NCBI GenBank assembly: GCA_030324005.1
Contig: JARDVH010000099.1
Coordinates: forward strand, 40,620,047 to 40,684,046
From: Negaprion brevirostris
Taxonomy: Eukaryota
Reading direction: 5' to 3'
Length of the DNA: 64,000 nt
Position numbers and translations under genes: made by a program. Below are positions 12,664 to 25,865 of this stretch, piece by piece; the stretch's first letter is position 1; the number at the start of each line of letters is the position of its first letter. The notes under the pieces were generated by a model. That model saw only the letters and a list, made by a program, of their open reading frames with translations. It made no database searches and was not told where the DNA came from.

Positions 12664-15600
12664 TGTTATAATCCCAGTTAATACNNNNNNNNNNAGAATG
12701 GAACCCAAGTTCTAACGGCCAACTGTTACTTTTTAGAAACAAAACGGAAAGGAACAGAGTCACAGGACAGCTAATCAGTTTTAACAACAAGAAAAAGATC
12801 ATTTATTAATCATGAAAAGTTGGATTATTGTACTATGCTCCTTTACTCTCCGTTATCTGAACAAATAGGCACAGATTTTAAGATTAACATGGATACAAAA
12901 TACGTCTTAAAACTACAATGGTCCTATTAACACGCAGTCCTTTTTAAAGCACACAGATTGGCTGTGGTCAAATACATAACATTCTGCTCTGAACCCAAGT
13001 TCATGCCTATGGTTTTTCCTCAGAAACCCCCCAGATGATTGTCACATGAGCTTCCAAACTCCACTCCCAAAAAGCATGCTTTAAAATCTCTCATGATAAT
13101 ACTTTCTCTTGGATTTGCATATCCAAATCCATCAGGGCTTTACAAATTACTCTTTTAATCAAAGCTTCCACTCCACTTTTAACAGTGAATCCAGTCCAGG
13201 ATTTGCACCAGTGCTTTTTGGAATTTTGTTTCGACTTCTGTACAGAATATTCACAATTGCTTTAATCTCAATTGCCAGACTCTAGGAAATTTGTTTCTTT
13301 TTGCTCTGAAGTCTGCTGTTCCACTTTAAACCTGATTTCATTACACTGTCATTAAATCCACTTTAAACAAGCATCACATTACCCAATTATCTAACCACAT
13401 ACATCATACAGTGCAGTTTTCTTAGAATTGCAATGATCTAAAACAAAGGCAATAACTTTTAACAGCATCATCAGAATTATACATGATAACATTATCATAA
13501 CTCAAGTCTTGTTTTTTTTTCTGATTTTTCCGTTTTCAACTCAGAGTAATGTTTCTTTAAGTCTACAGTGCACTTGCTCATTTTGTCACTTGTAGGCATA
13601 GTTCCATTCTCAAGCTCACTTTCCAAATTTCTATTTCAATTTAACACAGTCAAAATGTCATTAGCATCTCAATTCTTCTCTTGTCAAAATTTTAGCTGTT
13701 TCAAGAGTGTTCTGAAAATGCTTCTTGTGTTCACTCGGAATAGTATCGTATTCTTGCTTTGGTTGTCTTTTGACTTTGTTCTGATCTTGTTGTTTCTCCC
13801 AGTCGCATTTCAAACAAATTCTTCTCAATCCTGTGAGCCATATCAATCACTTCCTCTCTCACAAGCTTCATAGTTTGTTTTAATCCTTGAACTATTAGAA
13901 CACATTTTCTGAACTAACTCAGTCCAATTCTCAGTAGTGTTTGAATGGTCTTTGGCAAACTATTGAACTTGCCTTTCTTCCGTTTACTACATCTTGTGTA
14001 ATGTCACCGACAAGCATTTTTAAATCGATATCTCTGGATATCAACTCAGAAAAATCACTTTGCAGTTTTAGTACCTCTTGTTGACAATTTATAATTTCTA
14101 ATTCTGCAGGTACTTTGGTTGTTTTCTTGTTGTCCATTACTAACTTTGATACATCAGTAATATTACTTAAATCAGTTTTTTGCTCAACTCGATCGCTATT
14201 CATTGTTTTTTTTTGCAGAAACAATTTTCAAATTGCAATGCACTATACCATCCACCACCTTCATTTCCTCCATTTTGCTTTGAAGTTCAAAAATCTTAAC
14301 TCATTGTTCTTTTCACAACAAAGTTCTCACAGTTCATTATTTTTTGCATTTTAATTATGCATTTGATCAATTGTTCTGATTTATCAGAACCTCCTTTTCT
14401 TGTTAAAGGCATTTTCTTCAACACTTCATAAACACTTCGAACTTTGCTCAAACTTGACCCAAAAACTGAAGATCGGCCTTTGCCAAGTTTGCTTTTACAA
14501 GTTTATCCCATTGACTGTTCAAATTCTCAGTGAGATGTTCAGTTTTTTCTGACTGATTCTCAGTTGTCCTCATCAGTTTTTGTTTTCATTCGCGATCTCC
14601 TCTTTCATACATGAAAGTTGATTTTCTGTGTTGATCAGATTTTCCTTCAATTGTTGGTAACTACAATAAGTGTCTCCTGTACACAGAAGTTTTCAAAAAT
14701 TTAAGATTATCATGATCAACTGTCTGCTGTATCACTGTTGTCATCACATTACTGTCTCCATAAGCTAAAATGTTATCTAGGATAAAATTAGTTCCTCCAG
14801 CAGATAATTTAAAAATAATTTCCACTGTAATAATTCCATTTATGGAATTACTTCTTAAATTAACTATACACTAAGAAACAGGTTCATTCATTCCATTAGT
14901 ACCTCTTAATACTTTTTCCTTCATAAAGCTTCCTGGATACACATTGTATCGTCAGCACCATCAATGATTATTCTGCACCTGTAGCTCTTAAAATTTTGAT
15001 TTGTTTTCTTATTTTGTTAGACGAGTAAGGGAAAATTTCTCTCTGAAACAAAACATCTAGAACCTCCAATAGCCTGATTTCCTTTGCTAGTAATCGAGTA
15101 ATTCTCTAAACTAATTTGCGATCTATCCCCCTTTCTCCTTGATTCTCGTATAGCATGTTTCAACTGTACCACTGTGCTATGGTTCAGGTTAGAAACTCCA
15201 AAATGTTTTATGAAGCCCACCTGAGTCACAAGTTTTGCATCTTGATTTCGGCTAGGATTAGCATGATGTGGTCCCCTTCAGGTATGATTCAAATGACCCA
15301 CTAGGGAGTTTTTATCAAACAAAGTTTATCTAAGAATATAGTTAACATGTATAGTCAGAAAATTAGCAAGAACTTTTATCAATTACAAAAACAAAACAAC
15401 CACTATATATGCATACCCTTAACAAAGATACCTAATGTGTTCCACTCAAGCTAAAACCCTTGTCATTAGACAAAACCCTTTAAACGGATTCAGTACTATA
15501 AAGTCTACTACTCATGGATTAATGGAAATTGAGTCCTTAGGTTGAAGTTCTGCAGTTCCCTGGATTCACTCCGAACAGTTTGAAGACGAGGCAGCTTCCC

Positions 15601-17227
15601 AAAACACCAGCAAGACAGTGGTCCAGCCCCCAACAACCGCAGATTTTCACCCTTTAGGAAAACAATATTTTGTTTTCAGCTAACCAACAGAACTTTCAAA
15701 ATAACAGAGGAGGGGGAACGCTTTTTAGCTTGTTGTCCCTTCTAAAACTAAAACTCAAACCTACAGCTCCAAACTGAAGATGAAAAAAAATGTCTAAAAA
15801 CAGTTGACGGCCCTCCTAATAATGCAGGATCATAAAACTAATCCCAAAGTAAACACAAACAATCCCATTTAAGCCACTTAAGTAGCAGTAAAAGTACACT
15901 TCCAGTCAAGCCAGCAACAATGACATCATGGAAGCTGTGAACTAAGAAACCACTGAAGCTGAGAGCTGCAGAAATCATGTTTTCGAAAAAACTTCTTTAA
16001 AAGTACATTAAATGTCACAACTGCACCTGTTTTAACAGCCATTTATTTCCTTGTCAGATGTTTCCTTCCCTACTACTGCAACAGGTCTTCCATTTAATTT
16101 CCAACAATCTGCTCAAATATGTCCCACTTTATTACAACAGAAATACTTAGACCTCTGAATGTCACTTCTGCCCTCAGCCCCTTCCTTTTTGATCTGAGGT
16201 GAAATTTCCTGATCATTCCCAACAGTTCCATTTTTTTTGACTTTTTTTTCTTTACTCCTTCCCACTTCTCATGCTTAAAAAAATGATGGAAAAAAATGTT
16301 TGGTTCTATGGATTAGTTCATAATCACCAGCTAACTCTGCTGGCTGTCTAGTAGTTTTAGTTTTGTTCCTCTACATGCATCCTAATGATCAAAGGAAATG
16401 AATCTTTAAATTCTTCCGAAAGAATCACCTGTTTAAGGGCTTCATATGTTTTCTGTACCTTTAATGCCTATAGCCAGTAGGCAAAATCATTTTGCTGTAC
16501 TCTGTCGAATACAACACGAGTTTATCCTACATGTTTTCTTGCATTCTGAAATTTCTGCCTATATGCCTCAGAAACCAACTCTTATGCACTAAGCATAATT
16601 TTTGTTACTATATAATAATTTACAGATACTTCTTCCAACAATGATGCACACACCTCACTAGTTCTACTATCAGTCTGCTTGTAAAAGTAATATCAAAATT
16701 TATTTCAGCCATTTCATCTATTTAGCTATCTTTTCAAAAGAAATAAAGAATGCTTCCACATCCTTTTCCTCAAATTTTGGAAGAGATTGTATAAAGTTAA
16801 ACTTTCCCCACTAAGTCCTAGTCTATAATTATGTTCTTCCTCAACCTGCTCTGAAGACCCTGCTTGAACTAAAAGTTTCTATCTTTCTGCTTTTCCCTTT
16901 CTACCAATTTCCTCTGAAAAACTCTCTCTTTGCCTCATGCTTTTATTTCCCTTTTTCCTTTGCCTGCATTTCAAGTTATTTAATTTCTTTTTCTCTTTGT
17001 AATTAATTTTTTGCTGATTCAACTGGCTCACATTTCAGAGAACTTGGTTTATCAGGCATCCCTTGCAATTTTTAGTATTTCACTATGCTTTTAATAATCT
17101 CAGCTTCAGGTAATCCTGATTCCAGTTGATCTGCCAATTCAGTTAACTGATTTTTGGTTACTTTCTGTAAACCAATCTGAGTTATATCTTCCATTTTTAG
17201 GAAAGTCTTAGCAATTTCTGACACCAT
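12664..17227 (-). mobile_element. Gypsy-type LTR retrotransposon remnant: gag (SCAN-like capsid, CCHC knuckle), protease, 3' LTR
   Basis: ATG at 17227 (MVSEIAKTFLK). Frameshifted gag motifs LPKFEEKDVEAFFISFEKIAK, ELVSEAYRQKF and EALKQVILSEEFK. Knuckle-like FCCNKVGHI.ADCWKL (~16110-16150). Protease IKILRATGA (~14975-15000, decayed DTGA). The LTR ends ...GGGATTATAACA at 12664, with AATAAA near 12802-12807. Confidence 0.8.
15175..16019 (-). mobile_element. Solo LTR nested in the Gypsy element
   Basis: TG...CA termini (tgctatgg...atgtcaca) flanked by a perfect 4-bp TSD ACTG (15171-15174 and 16020-16023). It separates the gag knuckle from the protease. Confidence 0.8.
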
Positions 17228-17244
17228 TTTAAATTATAATCTGT

Positions 17245-18440
17245 ACAACATGATCAGGCAACATCACCAAGGATCAGTGAAAGGGAAGTTAATTTTAACC
17301 ATTTTATTGGAGCTCTTTGAGGAATTAACACTTTCTGTGGATAAAGGTGGATGTACTGTACTTAGATTTCCAGAACACATGCATTTGTTCAAGTGTCATA
17401 TCAGAGGTTATTGTGGGAAAAAAAGCTCATAGGATATGAACATTGGTAGAAGATTTGCTGACTAGCAGGGATTAGGCATAAATGGATCTTTCTAAGGTTG
17501 GCAAGATGTAACAAGGGGTGTGACGCAGGAATCAGTGCTGGGTTTTCAACTATTTAAATATATTATAAAAAATACTTGGAGGAAAGGATGGATGGTATGA
17601 TTGCCAAATTTGCTGAAGATAAAAAGATGGGTAAGATGTGAAGAAGACAGAAGGAAACTATATAAGGGGTAACAGGTTGAGTGAATGGGTAATATAGGAA
17701 AATGTGAAATTGTCCATTTCGACAGGAAGAACAAAAGAGAAACATCTAAATGGTGAGAGATTTCAGAGCTCGGAGATGCAGATGAATCTGAGTGTCCTTG
17801 TGCGTGAATCGCAAAAGGCTAGTATGCAGGTACAGCATGTAATTAGGGAAGCTAAGAGATGTTATTTATTGTGAGGTGAATGGAATACAAAAGTAAGGAG
17901 GTTATGTTTAGGTTATACAGAGCATTAGTGACATCACATCTACAGTACTGTATACAGTATTGGTCACCATATTTAATGAATGAAATAAATGCGTTGGAAG
18001 TAGTTCAGAGAAGGTTTACAAGACTTAATACCTGGATTGACAAGTTGTCTCATGAGGAAAGATTGGATGGACAGGGCTTGTATTAGCTAGAATTTCGAAG
18101 ATTAAAAGGTGACTTGATTGAAACATACAAGATCCTGAGGGCTCTTAACAATGGTAGGAGAATCTAGAATTAGGGGTCACTGTTTGAAAATAAGTTACTT
18201 ATTTAAAACTGAGATGTGGTGAAGTTCTTTCTCTGGGGGTTGTGAGCATTTGAAAAGGAAATAGAAACAAATTTTTCAAATATTTTTAAGCCGGAGGTGG
18301 ATAGATTCTTGGTAAGAACAGGGTGATCGGTTTTTGGGGATAGGTGGGATGCTGATTTGAGGTTACTGTCGGATCAACCATGATCCTATTTAATGGCAGA
18401 GCAGTCTCTAGGGGCCAAATGGCCCACTCCTGTTGCTTTG
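17245..18440 (+). mobile_element. CR1 RT domain to 3' tail
   Basis: MIRQHHQGSVKGKLILTILLELFEE, KFAED, YRALVTSHLQYCIQYWSPYL and ALEVVQRRFTRL; ends in the tail ggggccaaatggcccactcctg. Confidence 0.85.
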
Positions 18441-19527
18441 TTCCTAAGTCTCACTGAGAGCCTCTTAATGCCCGGCAGGCATTTAAATGGCTGTGGGCAA
18501 CCTTTTGGAGCAGGCTTTCCACTGACTCCTCCCTGCCATGTTTGATTCTGACTCAGAAATCTAAGTACAATGTGGGCAGATGGGATTATGGGGACCCTGG
18601 CAAATCTTATCCATTGAGCTGCCTATTGATAGCCTGGCTTTTTAGATAGTCCTGCTCAGCCACATGAAGAAAATTCAGCAGTGTTTTTTTCAAGGCATGA
18701 AAATTATTCCTGGTTAGAAGTAACTTTAAGACCCTCCTTCAAATTTTGGCTTAAGAGGCTCCCACAAAAGGTGAATGCTGTACTTTATTGAAAAGCCTGA
18801 CCTAGTAGAGAATAAAGAAAACAACTACTGCTACACAATTTGCAAACTTCTGTTTACCGTAGTCATGTTCAACTGTGTGTTTTGACATTAATTATATAAA
18901 GGCATATAACTTGTTGTTTTTGTTTTATTGTCAAGATCGGCAACACTATTTATTCCTGTCATATTTGGAGACAAAATTGCAATGGTTCATCACCATTAGA
19001 AGAACATCCAAGAATTTAAATTGAAAGTAAAATTGAAGGATCTGTTTTCGTTGTTGTAGCCACTTGCCTGCCATCATGATATTGGATATTATTGTAATAT
19101 AGTAATGAATGCCTTTTCTGTGACTTGTGCCAGCCTTTGATGACTTTAAATTTTCAGGGTTCTGTGAAAGTTTTGAGTGAAAGATTGACATTTGCTATGG
19201 TGTAAAGAATGTGGTGCTCAATGCAATATCCAAAGAAGATCCATTTCTGTCCTGACTAAAATCAGATCCATGGTTGTGCACAAAATCAGCATGGACTATG
19301 TGTGTTTTTAACATGGCTATGATGCACATGTATTTCTAAATTCGATTTGTCATACATAAGAAATTAACAGGAAAATTTAAGTGTTTTACCCCCAAATTTG
19401 GACCAAAGCCCACAAATAAAAAAAAATTAATTTAAGACCATTTTAATGTTCCTAGCCAATTAAAGAAAATAATAATTTATAACTGTAAAAGTCTCTACAA
19501 TGTATTTGTTAACCTCCATGGTTACAG

Positions 19528-19704
19528 GTGAAGAGAAACTATGAAGCTCTCAAACAGAGACAAGAAGAAGAAAAAAATGTGCACAATTTGCAAGGTAGGC
19601 CGGGTGAGGAAATCCAGACTACAAGTAAATGGGAGCGAGAGAACCAAGAAGTAACTCGTGAACTATTAAAGGTTAAAGACAGACTTATCGAGGTCGAAAG
19701 GAAT
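19528..19704 (+). CDS. CCDC88A: Girdin internal coding exon C
   Basis: gttacag|GTG acceptor and AAT|gtaagt donor, 177 nt. Translates VKRNYEALKQRQEEEKNVHNLQGRPGEEIQTTSKWERENQEVTRELLKVKDRLIEVERN. Confidence 0.97.
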
Positions 19705-20690
19705 GTAAGTTTTGTTTAATCTCTTCCACCTAAAATAAATTTTCAAGCAGTTGAAATCTGTGTTGCTTTGAAAGTTCTTAAGTATTAGTTGACTTGTGTA
19801 TTGAACAGTAATTAATGCTTTGTAAATGTTTTCTCTCAACTGAAGTCACGCTTTTTATCACCTCTAATTTTCCTCCAACTTCAGCAATGCATATTGCTCC
19901 ACAGCCAATGAATTATCACAATAGAAAATACGAAAATTAAATTTTCTTATCTCCTCATCCAAAGACCATGATGTTTATTAGCAGGACTGACACTTGGTTT
20001 CAGGAAAAATAAATTTGGATGATTTTTCAAGTCTCCTAGGTTCAGAGGCCTGAGGTCATTTCTAACATGCAAGCTAATTTAACATGGTATATAAATAAAC
20101 AAATTGGATATAGCCCATTTGCAGGAATAGGATTGTGATGAGCAGTTACACAATGCCCAATTGAGGTGATGCACTTAGCACACAAACTTTGTACAGCCTG
20201 CTCAGCTCCACCATTGCAGTATGGAGAATATTGTGCTGCTGACTGCCTGTATGGTCAGAAGATGACCAAGATTAATATGAGGTTACCATGAGTTCAGGAT
20301 AGCCTGATCATCTTAAAACTCCATTCCAAATAGCAATAAATGTAGTCTCCTTGAATGTCAGTCCACAACTCTCCAGCACAAACTTCCAGTTAAGTTCCAA
20401 TCTGGATCACTTCAGGGCTCATGTACGTTTTTGTACAATCCTCTTACATTCTACCTGCCAGAGTCTTAAACCACCATTTGCCTTTTGGTTTTCCTGAATT
20501 TCACAATAGACTTGGAGTAAACTTAGATTAATGCATTTTGATGCCTTGTTAAGGTTGAGTTTTCTTTAAAGTTTTAATTAATTAAAATACTTTGAGAAAA
20601 GCAGTCATCACAAAGAGTGAGAAAATGATGATTAAAATGGATAAGTATGTAACTATCATTCCATTATGACTTCCAGTAAAATGCTGTAGA

Positions 20691-20993
20691 TTAGAATAGA
20701 ATCCTTACAGTGCAGAAGGAGCCCATTCAGCCCATCAAATCTGCACTGACCAGAATCCCACCCAGACCCTATTCCTGTAACCCCACATATTTATCCTGCT
20801 GATCCTGCTGACACTAAGGTCAGTTTAGCATAGCCAATCAATCTAACCCGCACATCTTTGGACTGTGGAACGAAATCAGAGCACCCAGAGGAAACCCATG
20901 CAGACATGGGGAGAATGTACAAACTGCACACAGATAGTGACCCAAGGCCAGAATTGAACCTGGAGCTGTGAGGCAGCAGTGCTAACTACTGTG
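20691..20993 (-). mobile_element. HE1-like SINE with CR1-type tail
   Basis: Near-collinear with the copy at 11614-11924. Confidence 0.8.
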
Positions 20994-21869
20994 TTTAATA
21001 CAAAATTAACCTCAATATAAATGAATCAAACTGGATAGCATAAAATCAGAGAGGATTTATTTTACATTAAAATGCAATTTTTAGCCAGTTGTAAATTCTA
21101 ACTCCAGTTGTAAAGGCTAATATTGTGATGGTCTGAAATATTTGCCTGTGTTCCAATACTCATGAAGTTTTTGCTTAACTGCTATTTTTATCTCATTTTT
21201 CGACTTGCCCTTTCCCTTAAGGGAAAATATTCACAGTTTCTTTGTCACATGTTTATTTTGAGCTTGTTTTCTTTGCAGAATATTAGGTTAAGAAGCAATA
21301 ATTCCCCAGACAGGTGAAGAAGATGAATGTGAATTTTTTTTATTTAAACTGCAAATTAAGATCTAACAAGTTTAAAATTATCCAGTTTCGTGCAATTATA
21401 AAGACCCTGACAAAGGAGCAGCTGCACTGGAACATACCCTCAGTAAAGCCAATGTGGTACGTCCACTGATGACCACAAAGGAAAACTGGATTAATATTGA
21501 AGTAAAAGCAAGGTGTGTTGAAAATACTCAAGTGGTCATGCAGCTCTTGTTGATTAAGTGTTTTATGAATAGTTCCCTCGGGGCTGGTGTTCTGATATCC
21601 ATGATATTTTTGACAGTGTAGAGTGCAAGAGTTGCAGTAAAAGGAGTCCTTTGCAAGCAAACATATGGAAGTCGGGAATTTGGTGCAAGTGGGAATTTTT
21701 GGAAAAGGGCAGGAGGTTGCTGCTTTTTATTTCATCTTCAGTAGCCGATGAGTGTTTATCTCCTTCCGCCAAGCCAGGAAACAATAACGTAATGTTTTAC
21801 TTAACTAAGTTAGTAATTGAACAGCTAGCCAAATAGACAATTAAACAAGGTTAGCTAGAAAAAGAAAGG

Positions 21870-22475
21870 CAACTGGTTTGTCATTAACTGTAACTTGTGG
21901 GAGTCTATGGAGAGCATTGCAACCCAGGCAGACGTATCTGCAGTAGGTAATGTCAGCTCGAGCAACTTTGGCTCACAGTTATTGAAGTGGAGTTTGAGCT
22001 GCAGGCATTGCCGGGTATTAGTAAGGGAATGAGTTAATTGGGCATTTTGTTGCAGGAGGCAGTCTAAAGTAGAATTTAGAATTGGTCAATGGTCAGGGAC
22101 AGGAGGGTGTAACCGAGTGTTAAGTTTGTATGAGGATTCAGAATGTCGTGATGGCGGAGCCTTGGCCCTTGACCTTGACAACAGGTATGAGGTGCTACCT
22201 ACGTAGATGAGAAAAGGACTGCAGCGTGGATGGGCAAACTGAACTGTCACCATGGTGAAGGAAATCATTCAAATCGATGCAGATAAAAGATATGAGATAA
22301 TAATAGAAGACAGTACAATTGGTGGGATAGATACTGTTCTCTGCAGCTGCAGTCATGAGTTCCAAATGTTATGTTGCCTCCTCAGTTTCTGAGTTAAAGA
22401 CTGTGACTGCAGACAAACTTGGACTGGGAGGAGGAAAAGATCCACTTGTCATGATCCATGTAGGAACCACAGCCA
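21870..22475 (+). mobile_element. CR1 ORF1 remnant (Zn-finger/leucine zipper + esterase)
   Basis: Decayed motifs CNLWE..ICSR..QLEQLWLTVIEVEFELQAL, IEDSTIGGIDTVLC and DPLVMIHVGT. Confidence 0.6.
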
Positions 22476-24474
22476 TGGGGTTGACTCTTAAATGCCTCCT
22501 GAAATGGTCTAGCAAGGAACTCAGTTCAAGGACAATTGGGGGTGGGCAACAAATGTTGGCCTTGCCAATGATTCCCTAATCCCATGAAAAAAATTAAAAA
22601 ACAAGTTACCATCACTGAATCCCTCACACTTAACTGGTGGTTCCCATTGACCAGAAGCTTAACAGCAGGAGCCATATAAATACTGTTCAGAGACTGGAAA
22701 TTTTGTGGTGAGTGACTCAGTTCTGGACTCCTCAAGGTTTGTCCACTATCTACAAGGCCCAAGTCATGGATATGACAGACTCTTAAGTACTTAGAGCCTT
22801 ATATCATTTTCTTTGAAGGGTGAGCTGCCCGTGAAGGCATGAAAGCCATTGGTTACTTGCCCAATTAATAGTATCGAAGCTCAAGGACTATTCTAGGGCA
22901 GCCTCATACTTCCCAGGTCAGGCACACATTCTGTCTGTTGCCATGTGCAAAACTGTCCAAAATGAGGAATGCCGGCTCCAGTGCGGCTGAAAGAATTTGG
23001 CGTGCTATAAAAGTCCCCATTAGTCACATGATCATATTTCATTTCTCAACTATTTACAGGGCTTCATTCTGAAAGCATGCTTTAGTTCTTACTTCCCAAC
23101 TAAATTTCTAGTCTGAACAACAGGAAAGAAAAATTATCATGATTGCTCCATTTGTCTTTTTCTAGACTAGTTTGTGTCTTCCACTGTTCATTATGGGGAA
23201 AGTTATTTAATAGTGCTTTCACTTTGCAAAGGCATTGATTCTAATTCTGTTTTCTCATTTTCAATTTAAATAGTTGATCAAAGCCAGTTTTGATGGTTTT
23301 CCAATGTCAGTTATACCTCTGATTGTATCATCCTCTATTCCAGGAATTCAGTCAACAGAGAATTTGTAGGATGGAATGTGTTTGCTTAGTGTTCAATATA
23401 GAGACTAGGGCATCTTGTACTTGGGGACAGTACTGTAAGTAATACAGTAGAGAGGTACACTTCAGCCTAGTTCCTTGTTTGGTTCAAAGTGATAGCACAG
23501 ATTGAGTTAAGCGTGGCTGTAGAGGTCTTTTTTGAGTGAAAAGGCACTGCAACGTCACCTGGAAGTTTTTAAAATTAAAATAAATGTTAAAGATCACTGT
23601 TGACCTGGGTAGGGTATTATTGCGTTACCTTTCTAAATATCCCTGTGATCCAGGTATGAAACTTTGTACAAAACGTAACTTGGAAACTGTTACTAACAAA
23701 GTGCTGTGTATTTATTTGACTCTCAACACCTGATTCAAAGTTGTCCTGTGCTGACAATAACAATATTTTTGCCATCTGGTTAATTCCATGAATGCCTGTA
23801 ATCAGTTATTAAACAAATTCAAAGAAGGTTTATAGGATAGCAAATTGTACTTCAGATTAGTAATTCTTGGATAGATATGACTATTTTCTAACGTACAACC
23901 TCATCTGCAAATTTTCTTAAATGGACTGATTGCCATTTTAACGATGCCACCTTGTGGCAACACAATAAATGGATAATTAAAGCGATTTTCAATTTGGAGA
24001 TTAACATTTGCTGACAACAAATTGTTCAGGATAATAATACAAAAACTGCAACTTGTTTGACAAATTTTCTGATTTCATCAAAGCTATGTTTAAATACCGT
24101 TGTTCAGGGTGGAATCGCCTCAAACAATCGTTGATTTTATGTTTTAACCTTTTGTTCAAATTCTGCTTCATTTTATGCAGCAGTGGATAATCATTCAACT
24201 ATAACATTTTATAACATTGAAGAGTACCATTTTGACCTTTAAGTCTGTGCTAAGTCTTTGCTTGAGCAATCCAAAATTAATGATACTGCACAGCTCTTTC
24301 CCTGAACCCTTGTATCATTCATTACTTGAAATATTTATTGAATCTTTGTTTAAAAATGCAATGGTCTTTTCTTCAATTATCACATTCCTTGCTCCAATAA
24401 TCTCCTTATAAATACATTTCTTCTAACCTCACTCAGAAGAACGTATGCACAAAAGAAATTAGAAGAAGCACATT

Positions 24475-24878
24475 CTTTAATTTGATTTATTATTGTCACA
24501 TGTATTGGAACACATACGATTCATAGCATGGAGAGACCAGGACATAGGGGAGAAGGTGCAAAATATAGTGCTACAGTCACAGCTAGAGTGCAGAGACAGA
24601 TCAGCTTAATATATGGTAGGTCCATTCTGATGGCAGCAGGGAAGAAGTTGTTCTTGAATTAATTAGTACGCGATCTCAGAAATCTGTATTTTTTCATGAC
24701 AGAAGAAGGTGGAAGAGAGTATATCTGGGATGTGTGGAGTCCTTTATTATACTGGCTGCTTTTCCAAGGCAGTGGGGAGCATTGGCAGAGTCAATGGATA
24801 GGAGGCTGGTCTGCGTGATGAACTGGGCTATGTTCTCAACCCTTTGTAGTTTCTTGCGGTCTTGGTCAGAGCAGGAGC
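24475..24878 (-). mobile_element. Rex1/Babar LINE 3' fragment
   Basis: Antisense tail tttgatttattattgtcacatgta and antisense ORF end (ctgatggcagcagggaagaag). Confidence 0.65.
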
Positions 24879-25865
24879 CTTCAGCCCTTCGAGCCTGTTC
24901 TGAATATAATCATCTTTGATCCTTTACCTTAACTCCAGCTTTCTGCACCACCCCATCTCCCTGAGTATCTTTGGGTTATCTCAAATAGAAATGTCTCCCT
25001 ATCTCAGTCCTAAATAACCAATCCTTTATTCTGAGACCGTGACTTCATGTTTTAGATTCCCCAGCCAGGCTTAGCATCCTCCCAGCATCCACCTATCAAA
25101 GCCCTTAAGAAATATATATGTTTCAATTAGCTGACCCCTCATTCTTCTAAATGCTAGAGAATATGGGTATAGTCTACTCATTCCCTGCTCATAAGGCAAT
25201 CCTTTCCTCCCAGGAATCAGTCCAGTGTATCTTCATTACATTCTCTCCAGTGCTTGTATATCCAACCTGGGGTAGGGGATTAAAACCGCACACAGTACTC
25301 CAGGAATGGCCTCATATACCAAGGATCTATACAATTCCACTTAAGCATCTTCACCTGTGTATCCCAATCCCTTTGTAACAGCAATTAATGTACTACTGCT
25401 TCCAAATGTCTTGTTCTACCTGAATGTTAACTTTTTGCTATCCATGTACAAGGACATGCAGATTCCTCTGAACACCAACAATTTTCAGTTTCTTAACATA
25501 TAAAAGATGTTCTGCTTTTCTATTTGCATTTCCAAAATGGATAACTTCATGTATCCCCACATTGTATTCCATCAACCATGTTTTTGCTCACTCATGCAAC
25601 TTGTCTATATCCCTTTGCAGACTCTGTGTCGTCCTCGCCATTGATTTAACTTTGTATTGTCAGAAAACTTGGATAACTTACCATTGCTCCCCTCATCTAA
25701 GACACGATATAGATTAGTGGACACTGATAATTAGAATCTGCCAACCTGAAATGCCCTGTTTATTTGTACTTTCTGATTTCTGTCCATTGACCAATCCTCA
25801 ATCCATGCTATTACCCCCAGTGAGCCATACTTTTGTGTTAAAACCTCTGGTGTGGCACCTTGTAG
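24879..25865 (-). mobile_element. CR1 LINE 3' ~1 kb
   Basis: Antisense tail ttcagcccttcgagcctg and antisense RT motifs (cacagtactccagg, ttgtattgtcagaaaactt). Confidence 0.75.

Noticed and set aside
13568-14354. Hydrophobic + strand ORFs suggesting membrane proteins (also 51208-51483)
   Set aside because: They are antisense shadows of A-rich retroelement sequence or pyrimidine-rich low complexity, with no splice or homology support.
16030-17227. Domesticated SCAN/gag gene nested antisense in the intron
   Set aside because: Multiple stops and frameshifts plus a solo-LTR insertion show neutral decay.
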